Shown: positions 41,913 through 51,543 of the stretch, in pieces
How positions within the stretch are numbered: position 1 is the first letter of the stretch
Layout: each line of letters opens with the position of its first letter
Source: Sphaerochaeta sp.
Lineage (GTDB): Bacteria; Spirochaetota; Spirochaetia; Sphaerochaetales; Sphaerochaetaceae
Length of the DNA stretch: 64,000 nt
Direction: 5' to 3'
Assembly: GCA_048264225.1 (NCBI GenBank)
Contig: JBLXDK010000002.1
Location: 9,848-73,847, forward strand
Notes under the pieces: generated by a model
Database searches by the model: none
Seen by the model: only the letters and a program-made list of their open reading frames with translations
Told to the model about the DNA's origin: nothing
Position numbers and translations under genes: made by a program

Positions 41913-42878
41913 TTACACAAGTGTACAGGCTACAAAATGCCCTTTATTTACTTCCTTGAGAGGGATGTCGCCAGCGAGGCAGGCTTCACTGACGTAAGGA
42001 CAGCGCTTGGCAAAACGACAGCCCGGAAGTGGATCGATTGGGCTGGTCAGTTCGCCTTGCAAGAGTAGGCGGTCAGTTTTGTAGTCGGGATCAGGGACGG
42101 GAATGGCTGATAGCAGGGCTTGGGTGTAGGGATGAAGCGGGTTTGTGAAAAGCTCCTTGGAGGGGGCCTTTTCCACCATCTGCCCAAGGTACATCACCAG
42201 GATGTCGTCTGAAAGGTGCTTGACGACAGAGAGGTCATGGGTGATGAAGAGGTAGGTAAACCCAAACTCATCCTGGAGATCTTGCATCAGGTTGAGGATC
42301 TGTGCTTGGATGGATACATCCAGGGCTGATACCGGCTCGTCACACACCACAAACTTGGGATCGAGGGCGAGAACGCGGGCAATGCCGATGCGCTGTCTCC
42401 TTCCTCCATCAAGTTCATGGGGGTAGCTGTTAATAAGGCGAGGGGAGAGACCCACCAGATCCATCAGCTCAGAAATTCTAGCAAGTAGAGCTGTCTCTTC
42501 CCCGCGCCTGAATATCTTTTGTATCAGCAGACTCTCTCCTATCGTCTCAGCAACAGTCATGCGCGGGTTCAGTGAGGCGAACGGATCCTGAAAAATGATC
42601 TGCATTTCCCGCCTCAAATCTTTCATCTGTTTTTTCCCAAGGTTGGTGATCTCATTGTTTTCAAAGAAAATCTTTCCTTCCGTTGGTTCATGAAGGCGCA
42701 GTATCGTCCTTCCCAAGGTCGATTTCCCACATCCCGATTCACCTACAACACCAAGGGTCTCCCCTTTTCTTATGACAAAGGAGACATCGTCTACGGCATG
42801 CAGGGTGCCTTTGGGGGTGTGGAAGTATTTTTTCAGGTTCTCAACCCTGAGCAATTCCTGTCTCGTGTTTTCAGCCAT
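41913..42878 (-). CDS. Oligo/dipeptide ABC transporter ATP-binding protein (DppF/OppF-like)
   Basis: The ORF is 41913..42926. The likely start is the ATG at 42878 ([19 protein letters not shown]), an 8-nt overlap with the upstream ATPase. Walker A is GESGCGKST, and there is a C-terminal oligopeptide-type extension. Confidence 0.85.
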   Translation of the reverse strand: MAENTRQELLRVENLKKYFHTPKGTLHAVDDVSFVIRKGETLGVVGESGCGKSTLGRTILRLHEPTEGKIFFENNEITNLGKKQMKDLRREMQIIFQDPFASLNPRMTVAETIGESLLIQKIFRRGEETALLARISELMDLVGLSPRLINSYPHELDGGRRQRIGIARVLALDPKFVVCDEPVSALDVSIQAQILNLMQDLQDEFGFTYLFITHDLSVVKHLSDDILVMYLGQMVEKAPSKELFTNPLHPYTQALLSAIPVPDPDYKTDRLLLQGELTSPIDPLPGCRFAKRCPYVSEACLAGDIPLKEVNKGHFVACTLV

Positions 42879-43860
42879 GGGAAACCTCGTCTTTGCAAAG
42901 GATACAGCGGGCAGAGTGTCCATCACTCACCTGGTAGAGAGGAGGTATGGCTAGGGTGCACGCCTCAGTGACATACTTGCAACGGGGTGCGAATTTGCAT
43001 CCGGGAGGCAAGTCTGTGGGGTCTGGCATCAGGCCTTTGATGGGACTGAGCCTTTTTACATCCTTGGTCAGGGAGGGGATCGAACCAAGGAGACCTTGTG
43101 TATAGGGGTGTTTGCTCGCTTTGAAGATATGGTTCAGACTCCCCAATTCAATGATCTCTCCAGCATAGATGATGGCCACCCTGTCACAGTTCTGGGCAAC
43201 TACACCCAGGTCGTGGGTGATGAGCAGCATTGCAGTATTGAGTTTCAGTTTCAAAGCGTTGATCATATCGAGCACTTGAGCTTGGATGGTGACATCCAAG
43301 GCTGTGGTCGGTTCATCTGCGATGAGGAGGGCAGGGTTACATGCCAAGGCTATGGCGATGATGACCCGCTGTTTCATCCCCCCTGAAAATTGATGGGGGA
43401 ACTCATGTGCCCTGTCAGAGGATATTCCAACCATTTCAAGCATGGAACAAGCCTGAGCAAAGGATTCCTTCTTGCTTAGGCCTTTGGCATGGGCTTCTAT
43501 GACCTCCATGATTTGTTCTCCTACAGTCATCACTGGATTGAGGCTGGTCATTGGATCTTGGAAGATCATGGAGATTGCAGAGCCACGTATGTTGCGCATT
43601 TCGCTTTCAGGGATGTGCAGGAGGTCGGAATCCTGGAAAAGGATGCTTCCTGCCTTAATTACTCCGGGAGGTGAGGGTACGAGACCTAAGATCCCTCTGG
43701 CAAGGGTGGTTTTTCCTGCACCTGTCTCACCTACCAAACCGAGAGTTTCTCCCTCAATCATGGAAAGAGATACATCGTTGAGAGCTTTGACAATACCATC
43801 ATCGGTTTCGTAGTGGACGGTAAGGCCTTGTATGTCGATCAAGGGTATGTTGGTATCCAT
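42871..43860 (-). CDS. Oligo/dipeptide ABC transporter ATP-binding protein (DppD/OppD-like)
   Basis: ORF track, 329 aa. Walker A is GETGAGKTT, the signature is [15 protein letters not shown], and Walker B is LIADEPT. Confidence 0.9.
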   Translation of the reverse strand: MDTNIPLIDIQGLTVHYETDDGIVKALNDVSLSMIEGETLGLVGETGAGKTTLARGILGLVPSPPGVIKAGSILFQDSDLLHIPESEMRNIRGSAISMIFQDPMTSLNPVMTVGEQIMEVIEAHAKGLSKKESFAQACSMLEMVGISSDRAHEFPHQFSGGMKQRVIIAIALACNPALLIADEPTTALDVTIQAQVLDMINALKLKLNTAMLLITHDLGVVAQNCDRVAIIYAGEIIELGSLNHIFKASKHPYTQGLLGSIPSLTKDVKRLSPIKGLMPDPTDLPPGCKFAPRCKYVTEACTLAIPPLYQVSDGHSARCILCKDEVSHG

Positions 43861-43869
43861 TGCGGTCTC

Positions 43870-44763
43870 CTAATTTTTCAGTCTTGGATCAAGGGCGTCA
43901 CGCAGACCGTCACCCATGACGTTGAGGGCAAGGATGGTGATCATGATCCCCAGCCCTGGGATGACGGTGATATGCCACCCTTCGCGGATGTATGACCGTG
44001 CCGATGAGAGCATGGAGCCCCACTCAGGTGTCGGTGGCTGGATTCCTAGCCCTAGGAAAGAAAGTCCTGCTATTGAGAGTATCGCCCCTGCGACACCCAG
44101 GGTTGCTTGGACAATGAGCGGCGCCATGGAGTTGGGAAGGATGTACTTGAAGATGATGCGTGAATCACTTGCACCCATGGCCTTTGCCGCTTCGATGAAC
44201 TCCTGGTCCTTGAGAGTGAGCACAGAAGCCCTTACTGTCCGTGCGAATGTAGGCACATAGCTGATGGCTATGGCGATGAGCACATTGGTAAGGCTTGTTC
44301 CGAGGGCAGCGACAATGGCGGTTGCCAAGAGCATCGAGGGGATGGCAAGCAGAACATCCATAAAGCGCATGATGATGTTATCTGTTGCCTTTCCATAGTA
44401 GCCTGCAAGGGAACCCAGAAGGACGCCCAAGACAGTCGAAAGGGCGATGGCAACGGTTCCCATGAACAGTGAGTATCTTACCGCCCATATCATACGCAGG
44501 AATATGTCCCGGCCAAACTCATCAAGGCCGAATATATGCTCTGGGCTTGGGCCCTGAAGGCGGAGGCGGAGGTTTTGCTTGATGACATGGTCATTATAGA
44601 AGGCATTGCTTGTCGCAAGGTCTATGATTATGGTTGTGATAGCTATGGTTACCAAAGACGCAAGGACGATCATACCGACCAACGCTAGCCTGTTTTTCTT
44701 AAAACGTCTCCATGTCTCGGTAGCTAGTGTCCGTTGTTTTTTTGTATCAGCTAGCGCTCTCAT
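43870..44763 (-). CDS. Peptide ABC transporter permease (DppC/OppC-like)
   Basis: ORF track, 297 aa. The BPD_transp_1 EAA-type loop reads ...EFIEAAKAMGASDSRIIFKYILPN... Confidence 0.9.
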   Translation of the reverse strand: MRALADTKKQRTLATETWRRFKKNRLALVGMIVLASLVTIAITTIIIDLATSNAFYNDHVIKQNLRLRLQGPSPEHIFGLDEFGRDIFLRMIWAVRYSLFMGTVAIALSTVLGVLLGSLAGYYGKATDNIIMRFMDVLLAIPSMLLATAIVAALGTSLTNVLIAIAISYVPTFARTVRASVLTLKDQEFIEAAKAMGASDSRIIFKYILPNSMAPLIVQATLGVAGAILSIAGLSFLGLGIQPPTPEWGSMLSSARSYIREGWHITVIPGLGIMITILALNVMGDGLRDALDPRLKN

Positions 44764-45743
44764 GCTACCACTCCCTTTCTTTTGAAAAAAATCTTGCTCT
44801 TGCTGCCATATTGGGATCTGATCCGTGGATCAAGAAACGCATACAGGATATCCACAAAGAGGTTCACAAAGGAGAACATGGTAGCCATAAAGATCACTGC
44901 ACCGAGAACCATGGGAATATCCTTGCTGGTGATGGAATCGACCATCAGTCTGCCCAACCCAGGCCAGGAAAAGATGGTCTCAGTGAGCATCGCCCCTCCT
45001 AATAGATGTCCGAACTGCAGGCCGACAGCCGTTACAATGGGTATGAGGGCATTTTTTAGCATATGTTTGTTGGTGACCTGTTTCTCTGTAATTCCTTTTG
45101 CACGGGCTGTGCTGATGTAGTCTTGCCTGATCACTTCAAGCATCGAGGATCGTGTCATCCTCACTACCGTAGCCGCAGCCCCTGTCCCCAAGGTAAGGGC
45201 TGGCAACACAAGTGATCGCATCAGAGGGATGAAGCCGCTGCCCATTCCTTGGGATGGGAGCCAGCCTAGCTTCAGGGCGAACAGCAGAGAGAGCAGTAGC
45301 CCCAGCCAGAAGTTGGGCATGGATACTCCGATAAGGGAAAATACCATTGAGGAGGTGTCCATGAATGTGTACTGTTTCTTTGCCGAGAGGATTCCTATGG
45401 GAATTCCGATGACCAGGGCCACTAGGATTCCTGCAATTGCAAGGAGAGCCGTATTGGGAAACTTGTCCCACACTTGTTGGGCGACGCTGATTTGGTTTTT
45501 GTAAGAGGTTCCCAAATCACCTTTCAGCAGGTTTCCCATGTAGGTCGCATACCTGACGAGCAAGGGGTCATTCAGCCCGAGTTCTACCCGCTTCAGAGCA
45601 AGTGCTTCTGAACTTGCCTGATCGCCCAATATGATGGCAGCAGGATCACCTGGGGTGAGAGACATGATAAAGAAGACAATGAAGGTAACTCCCACCAATA
45701 CTGGAATCATCATTACCAAACGACGTACTATATATTTCCCCAT
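44760..45743 (-). CDS. Peptide ABC transporter permease (DppB/OppB-like)
   Basis: ORF track, 327 aa. It begins MGKYIVRRLVMMIPVLVGVTFIVFFIM..., and the EAA loop reads ...DYISTARAKGITEKQVTNKHMLKNAL... Confidence 0.9.
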   Translation of the reverse strand: MGKYIVRRLVMMIPVLVGVTFIVFFIMSLTPGDPAAIILGDQASSEALALKRVELGLNDPLLVRYATYMGNLLKGDLGTSYKNQISVAQQVWDKFPNTALLAIAGILVALVIGIPIGILSAKKQYTFMDTSSMVFSLIGVSMPNFWLGLLLSLLFALKLGWLPSQGMGSGFIPLMRSLVLPALTLGTGAAATVVRMTRSSMLEVIRQDYISTARAKGITEKQVTNKHMLKNALIPIVTAVGLQFGHLLGGAMLTETIFSWPGLGRLMVDSITSKDIPMVLGAVIFMATMFSFVNLFVDILYAFLDPRIRSQYGSKSKIFFKRKGVVA

Positions 45744-45796
45744 ACATACTCCCTAGCTACAAGTTGAGAATAGAGCCCGAGCAGAGCTCTCTCTGT

Positions 45797-46645
45797 TCAG
45801 GTATATTGTGCGAATCGGCCACCGAGCATAGCGATAGTAAGTATCATGTGGAAGATGTCGTCATAATTATTGGAGTGATATGAGACAGTCCTTCCACTGA
45901 GGCGCCTGATGCCTGGGACGATTGCAACCGCATCAGCGACAACTGTTGAGGTGAGGTCAACCTCAAGTTCGACAGGTACTTGGATATGCTTCACTTCCAA
46001 TATCCCGAGGCTATCGATGAACTTGCCTATCTGTGTTTCGAATGATTGCTTGAGAAGCTCTGGGGCATACATTTTCCCGGCATAACGCCCAAGGCCCTCT
46101 TTGGTCCGGACATAGGGCACGGTGAAGTACTCCTTCAGTTGTTTTTCAAGGATATCATCACCTGAGACAAAGCCGACAGGAACTCCAAGAAGACCTGCGT
46201 AGTAGGCATTTATCTCCACTTCACCGACAGGTTTTCCGTTGAGGCGGACAGAGTAGATGCAAGATGAGGAGTACGAATGATCCATCATTCCCGCCTGACT
46301 CCCAATCATGGCGTGATACCCAAGTAGGAACAGTGCATCAAAGGAGGAGTCCAGACCTTCCAACATATAGGAGTGGCGAGGATACCCCTTGATATGGGTT
46401 ATGCGTGGATCTCCAAAGGATCCGTAGGCAAGGTTTTCACCTCTGGCGTGCGAGTCACAGATGCAGATTTCTTCGATCCTGAGTTTCTCATCGTCCTCTG
46501 TCAGGCGGATGAGCTCATCGATGACCCAGGTCAGTTCCTGCTTGAGGGCGGCATTGCACCCGCCTCTCTGGCTAGGTTCGGTCATCTCGTTCCAGGAGGA
46601 GATCCCTCCTATGCCTTCCATGTCGGTAGAAATGAATATTTTCAT
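45797..46645 (-). CDS. M55-family D-aminopeptidase (Bacillus DppA-like)
   Basis: ORF track, 282 aa. The N-terminal MKIFISTDMEGIGGISSWNEM is the signature of peptidase M55. ...CDSHARGENL... lies further on. Confidence 0.8.
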   Translation of the reverse strand: MKIFISTDMEGIGGISSWNEMTEPSQRGGCNAALKQELTWVIDELIRLTEDDEKLRIEEICICDSHARGENLAYGSFGDPRITHIKGYPRHSYMLEGLDSSFDALFLLGYHAMIGSQAGMMDHSYSSSCIYSVRLNGKPVGEVEINAYYAGLLGVPVGFVSGDDILEKQLKEYFTVPYVRTKEGLGRYAGKMYAPELLKQSFETQIGKFIDSLGILEVKHIQVPVELEVDLTSTVVADAVAIVPGIRRLSGRTVSYHSNNYDDIFHMILTIAMLGGRFAQYT

Positions 46646-47511
46646 TGTAGTATGTCCTTTTGTGCTTGAATGAATTGGTAGCCACGTTTCTCATCTTCCA
46701 TGACAGATTTCATGGTGGGTAGGATTTCCGTATTTCCACTGAGTAGCAACATGTTGATAAGTACCTGAATTATTGCAACCATGCCCACGTATGAGTTGGT
46801 AAGGAGCAAGGAGTTGTTTTCACAACGGACCACCTCATTTGCCAATGGGTAGAGAGGGCATGCAGGTGAGTCTGTGAAAAGAAAGACATCTGCTCCCACC
46901 TTCTTTGCATAGGTGCCGACATGGATGGCCTCCGGAGAGTAAGGGGGAAGGGTCATGACAAAGAGGGCATCACCCTTTTTCATGGAAAAGAGGCGGGGAT
47001 TATAGTCGGAGATTGAGCCGGTAATACTGATGATCTCCTTGCACTGCATGCTTACCAGTGCATACTCGAAGATCTGCATAATGTTGCGGCTTACCCCAAA
47101 TCCACTTACAAAGATGCGCCTTGATGCAAAAACACTTCGAACCATCTGGCTAAGGGTCTGCACGTTGATGTCCTTCAATGTTTTGCTGAGGTTGCGCACT
47201 TCGTTGTCTGCCAGTTTTTGTAGCTGTTTCTTGGCCGGAAGCACGTCAAGTTCGTTCAATGCTACCTGGGAATCCTTGTTCAATTTTGATTTGACTTCTG
47301 TCTGGATCGTTTCCCGGAACTCCTTGTATCCTGAAAAGCCCAAGAACTGAGTGAATCTAACCAGCGAGGCATTGCTTACCCCAATGGTTTTGCTCAAGTC
47401 GTGTACTGAAGCGAAGCCAATCTCATCGTAATGATCCAGAAGATAGACCGCTATTGAGTGAAAAGAGGGAGACATGGCCGATAATGTTTCTTGTATGATG
47501 TCTCGAACCAT
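46642..47511 (-). CDS. MurR/RpiR-family transcriptional regulator (HTH_6 plus SIS domain)
   Basis: The ORF is 46642..47610. The likely start is the ATG at 47511 (MVRDIIQETLSAMSPSFHSIAVYLLDHYDEIGF...SNASLVRFTQFLGFSGYKEF). A C-terminal SIS-like domain follows (...RIFVSGFGVS...). It overlaps the M55 gene by 4 nt. Confidence 0.8.
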   Translation of the reverse strand: MVRDIIQETLSAMSPSFHSIAVYLLDHYDEIGFASVHDLSKTIGVSNASLVRFTQFLGFSGYKEFRETIQTEVKSKLNKDSQVALNELDVLPAKKQLQKLADNEVRNLSKTLKDINVQTLSQMVRSVFASRRIFVSGFGVSRNIMQIFEYALVSMQCKEIISITGSISDYNPRLFSMKKGDALFVMTLPPYSPEAIHVGTYAKKVGADVFLFTDSPACPLYPLANEVVRCENNSLLLTNSYVGMVAIIQVLINMLLLSGNTEILPTMKSVMEDEKRGYQFIQAQKDILQ

Positions 47512-47723
47512 GCGCTCCTCCCAGGTGGTAACAATTTGTTCTAGTTGAGCAAAAGTTGTAATAATTGTTACTACTACGAGCAGGATAGCAAACTTTTCAC
47601 AAGATTGCACTAAAAAAATGAATTAATTTTGTATATTTATGTAGCTTTGACCAGAATATGCAGATAGGCATTCATTTCATGCAAGCATATGTTCGTCATA
47701 GAGGAGATCTCATAATCCCATAG

Positions 47724-49070
47724 TTAGGCAGAAAGCTTCTGATGCATCCAATCTGCTTTGAAATAGTAGAGAGTGAAAACTATGGCACTGAGCATCCATG
47801 TGATGGGATGTGCCCAATAGACAACTCTGATGTCCATCAGGAACAGAAGCCCTATCTTGATGTAGAGTACTCTGAAGATACACCAGAAAGCCAGCATGAC
47901 AGCCATGGGCACTATGGACTTGCCGGCTCCCCGGAAGAGGCCGCTCATGACGTGGGAAAGGGCAAGGGCAAACAGGAATAGGGATGATATCTGTGATTTC
48001 TGCACCCCGTAGATAATGATGGAGGGGTCGCGATTGAACAGGGCCACCAGAACATCTGCATAGAAAAAGAGCAACACGCCAATTCCTTCTGACAGGATCA
48101 TTGCGAATACAATGCCAAAGCGGACTCCTTTTTTTACCCTGTCATACTCCCTAGCCCCTATGTTCTGACCGGTGAAGGTAGTCATGGCGAGGGCGAAGCT
48201 GGTGATGGGAATCATAGCGAAGCCCTGGATTCTCATAAACGAACCCGTCCCAGCCATAGCAGCCGCTCCAAAGAGGTTTACACTAGACTGGACTACGACA
48301 TTGGCAAAGGAGGTCACTGAGTTCTGGATCCCCGAAGGTATACCAAGCCTGAGGATCTTAGGCAGCATCCCTTTCTTGAACCCTATCTTTCGTATTTCAA
48401 CCTTAAAGATGTCATCGCTGGTCAGCAGGAGACGGAATGATAACAATACGCTCACTGATTGGCTGATGATGGTTGCATAGGCTGTCCCTTCAATCCCTGT
48501 CTTGAAGTATCCGACAAACAGTACGTCCAGTATGATATTCAGTATGGCAGCCAGTATCAGAAAGTAGAGGGGATGCTTGCTGTCACCTACAGCTTGGAGG
48601 ATACCTGCTGCTGTATTGTAGAGCACCAGGGCACTGATTCCCAGGAAAAAGACTTGGATATAGGTCTTGGCATCGTCGAAGACATTGGGAGGGGTGCCCA
48701 TCCACCTGAGAATTACCGGGGCAAAGAAATAGCCGAAGATGGTGAGCAGTACACTGCTGCAGAGGCTTACGGCTATGGTTGTGTGGATTGCCTTCCTTAC
48801 TGAATTGATGTCGCCTGCTCCGTAGTAGGTCGATATGACCACTCCGGCTCCTACAAATATGCCTTGGACCAAGCCGACAAGCAGGAATATGAGCGAGCCG
48901 CAGGAGGTTATGGCAGCTAGGGCTTCCTTACCGAGGAAATTACCCACAACGACAGAATCCGCTGTGTTGTAGAGTTGTTGAAAGAGGTTGCCTAGGAATA
49001 TGGGGATGGCAAAACGGATGATATGCCCTTGGATGGATCCGCTTGTCATTAGTTTTGCCTGTCTGCTCAT
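47724..49070 (-). CDS. MATE-family efflux transporter
   Basis: ORF track, 448 aa. The 12-TM pattern has the typical N-terminus ...GSIQGHIIRFAIPIFLGNLFQQLYNTADSVVVGNFLG... Confidence 0.9.
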   Translation of the reverse strand: MSRQAKLMTSGSIQGHIIRFAIPIFLGNLFQQLYNTADSVVVGNFLGKEALAAITSCGSLIFLLVGLVQGIFVGAGVVISTYYGAGDINSVRKAIHTTIAVSLCSSVLLTIFGYFFAPVILRWMGTPPNVFDDAKTYIQVFFLGISALVLYNTAAGILQAVGDSKHPLYFLILAAILNIILDVLFVGYFKTGIEGTAYATIISQSVSVLLSFRLLLTSDDIFKVEIRKIGFKKGMLPKILRLGIPSGIQNSVTSFANVVVQSSVNLFGAAAMAGTGSFMRIQGFAMIPITSFALAMTTFTGQNIGAREYDRVKKGVRFGIVFAMILSEGIGVLLFFYADVLVALFNRDPSIIIYGVQKSQISSLFLFALALSHVMSGLFRGAGKSIVPMAVMLAFWCIFRVLYIKIGLLFLMDIRVVYWAHPITWMLSAIVFTLYYFKADWMHQKLSA

Positions 49071-49234
49071 AATACAGAGTACTGTAGTTCAATTGCAGTG
49101 GGTGTGCAAGCGCGGATTCTTTGGTTGTCCACATCAGCAACATGCAGGACAAACGGGCACATCCCTGGCATTGAGGTTTCCCATTATGTATGCAGCATTC
49201 CTGTGCTATACTTACAGGACAAGGAGCACCACAT

Positions 49235-49999
49235 ATGCAAGGAGACAGTACGTATCAGAAAGCCCTTCACCTTTGGAAAAGCGTTGCCATGCAAAATATT
49301 GCTTCCCTCACCCAGTATTTTGACAACTTTCGCATCCTTTTTGCCTATCATTCCGGGAAGATCGAGAATGATGCCGTTACCTACAAAGACACCTATGAGA
49401 TCTTTCTCCATGACAAGGTATGCTCTTTTACTGGCAATCCCCGAACACTATTCGAACAGCAAAACCAGAAGTTGTGCAATGAGTTCCTTTTGCCAAAGAT
49501 CTTGGAAAAAAGTCCCATTACCATTGAATTCGTAAAAGAGGTCCATGCAATTCTCACTGCTGGAACATATGACGGGCGGCGATACATTGAAAAGGGGGAA
49601 CGTCCAGGGGAGTTCAAGAAGCACTACTATGTCACGGGCTTGCTTGAGGTGGGCTCTTCTCCTGAAGAAGTTTCACTGGATATGGTAACACTCCTTTCAG
49701 AGATAGGGGTGGCAACAATGGGTGGACCAATTACCCCTGAGGCCCTGCTCAAGACTGCTGCCTACTTTCACGCTAAGTTTGAGTATATCCATCCATTTGC
49801 AGATGGCAGCGGCAGGGTAGGGAGAACACTGCTCAACTACTTTCTCATGATCAACAACCATCCTCCCCTGATCATCCATGAGGAGGATCGGGAGCAGTAC
49901 TTTAAGAGCCTGCAGGCCTATGACAGGCATGGGGACACTGAGCCAATGTTCGATTTTCTTCTCTTTTCCCTAGAAAAGACATGGGAGAAGAGGCTTTAA
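49235..49999 (+). CDS. Fic-family protein (class II-like, with an N-terminal inhibitory motif)
   Basis: The ORF is 49190..49999. The ATG at 49235 is preceded by AAGGAG (49221..49226). The Fic active-site loop is HPFADGSGRVGR, a variant of HxFx(D/E)GNGRxxR with Ser in place of Asn. The upstream SGKIEN fits the (S/T)xxxE(G/N) auto-inhibition motif. Confidence 0.8.
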   Translation: MQGDSTYQKALHLWKSVAMQNIASLTQYFDNFRILFAYHSGKIENDAVTYKDTYEIFLHDKVCSFTGNPRTLFEQQNQKLCNEFLLPKILEKSPITIEFVKEVHAILTAGTYDGRRYIEKGERPGEFKKHYYVTGLLEVGSSPEEVSLDMVTLLSEIGVATMGGPITPEALLKTAAYFHAKFEYIHPFADGSGRVGRTLLNYFLMINNHPPLIIHEEDREQYFKSLQAYDRHGDTEPMFDFLLFSLEKTWEKRL

Positions 50000-50091
50000 G
50001 GAAAAATTGGTGATAAGAAGGATGTGAGATCAGGGTTGAAGGATTTGCGGTCTTGTTTTCCTTGAGGCTATGATCTAATCCTGTTGGGCTA

Positions 50092-50967
50092 TCATCCCCT
50101 TATGTTTTTGTACAACCTAATAGTAAACATTAGGGAAATCAATGCTAGAACTATAAATATACTTACTTTCGTTACTAATACAGGAATAGGTAATACTATT
50201 CCCTCCATATATTGAAATAGTGTTCCAGCTGATACACTCGCACCTACGATACTGCATGTCATCAGTATAATTCCGAGAAGAGACAACCCTATTCCCTTTT
50301 TGTTGAATAAAGAATATATGCAGATAAATATTGCAGGACTTATTAATCCCATATCTAACACATACGTTATCTGGGTTGTATATACTTCGATTAATTGAAG
50401 TGACTGTCTATGTAGTAATGATGTTGCAATATCAGGTAGCCATGCGACAAATATTGATATCCCCGATACAAAAAGGAAAATATATAGTCCTTTAGTAACA
50501 AATGATCCATCGATTTTTTCTATTAATATATCTTCATCTAAACTACGAAAACATACAATCAAGCCAAAGATACTTAATGAAAATATAGCTATATAGAGTA
50601 AATGAAGAATATTGTAGGTGATCCCGAAACAAATACTTGTCGCATAATATGCAAATATTGAAATTGCCGATAATAGACGCAACCTACTTCTATAACTTTC
50701 CTTTTTTACATCAAGGATCAATGAAATTATCAATAACGGTACACCGATAAAGAGAAACGCAAAATCAGTACCTTTTGCTATTGGTGCCATAAAATATGAG
50801 TCATTCTTATACAATCCTGACCCATATATTCTCACTACGTCGCCATATTGATTAACAACTTCATACGGGGTTCCGGGTGTCTTAAAGAATAAACCCATAG
50901 CTGTAGTTACTAGCGAACATATGATGAGAAGTATTGATATGATATGAATGCTTCTGCTGTTCTTCAT
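50092..50967 (-). CDS. Polytopic membrane protein of unknown function in a strongly AT-rich segment
   Basis: ORF track, 291 aa. About 8 hydrophobic helices are separated by short polar loops, and I recognise no motif. Nucleotide composition is visibly far more AT-rich than the flanks. Confidence 0.6.
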   Translation of the reverse strand: MKNSRSIHIISILLIICSLVTTAMGLFFKTPGTPYEVVNQYGDVVRIYGSGLYKNDSYFMAPIAKGTDFAFLFIGVPLLIISLILDVKKESYRSRLRLLSAISIFAYYATSICFGITYNILHLLYIAIFSLSIFGLIVCFRSLDEDILIEKIDGSFVTKGLYIFLFVSGISIFVAWLPDIATSLLHRQSLQLIEVYTTQITYVLDMGLISPAIFICIYSLFNKKGIGLSLLGIILMTCSIVGASVSAGTLFQYMEGIVLPIPVLVTKVSIFIVLALISLMFTIRLYKNIRG

Positions 50968-51146
50968 ATTTCCACCTTTCTAGGATTATGTGCTAAAAAA
51001 ATACCATATGCTTCAGTTAATCACAAGTCTGATGAGTTTGCCCCCTGCATCGTCCAACCAATATTTCATTGATAGATGCAAGTATCACTACAACAGTTCC
51101 CCAGCTTATAACCGGTAAAAGTATAGGGTTTTCATGTACAAAAAAA

Positions 51147-51271
51147 CAAAGGGGTATATCCTGAATGTCTGGTGATTGTCCGTGAATGTGGGAATCCTGC
51201 TTATGGCTTATGAAGCCCTTATTTCAGATTTCAGCTTCATGTGGTTTTGCATAGCCTCTATTGGTACAACT
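51147..51271 (+). pseudogene. Decayed duplicate of the nfeD ribosome-binding region and 5' coding end
   Basis: By-eye alignment of 51147..51271 with 51743..51867 is colinear over about 125 nt, with roughly three quarters of positions identical. Copy A reads caaaggggtatatcCTGaatgtctggtg... and copy B reads caaaggggtgtatcATGaatgtctggtg... The start ATG is CTG in this copy. Confidence 0.7.
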
Positions 51272-51543
51272 GAAGACTCCATTTTACCTGTAGAAAAAGC
51301 ATGGGAGACATACCATCATGAGATAGCAATTCTTGGTGGTAGTGATGTCAATTATATGATTATGGAGTCTCCAGAGCAAATTATAACAGGGCTCTTGCTC
51401 TCTTGGAAAAGACAGCAAAAGCAGGCTTTTTCGCCTTAGGAACCGGCAATTCTGTTCCCGACTATCTTCCCAATGATACATACTTTGCTATGATGCAGGC
51501 GGCATGGGATCTTCGTGGGATTCAGGTGGATAGGAGACAATAG
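51272..51543 (+). pseudogene. C-terminal remnant of a uroporphyrinogen-decarboxylase (URO-D/MtaA-like) family gene, frameshifted
   Basis: One frame gives ...AILGGSDVNYMIMESPEQIITG... A shifted frame continues ...KAGFFALGTGNSVPDYLPNDTYFAMMQAAWDLRGIQVDRRQ* (stop at 51541..51543). This matches the usual C-terminal end of URO-D-family enzymes. No N-terminal part is present. Confidence 0.45.
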
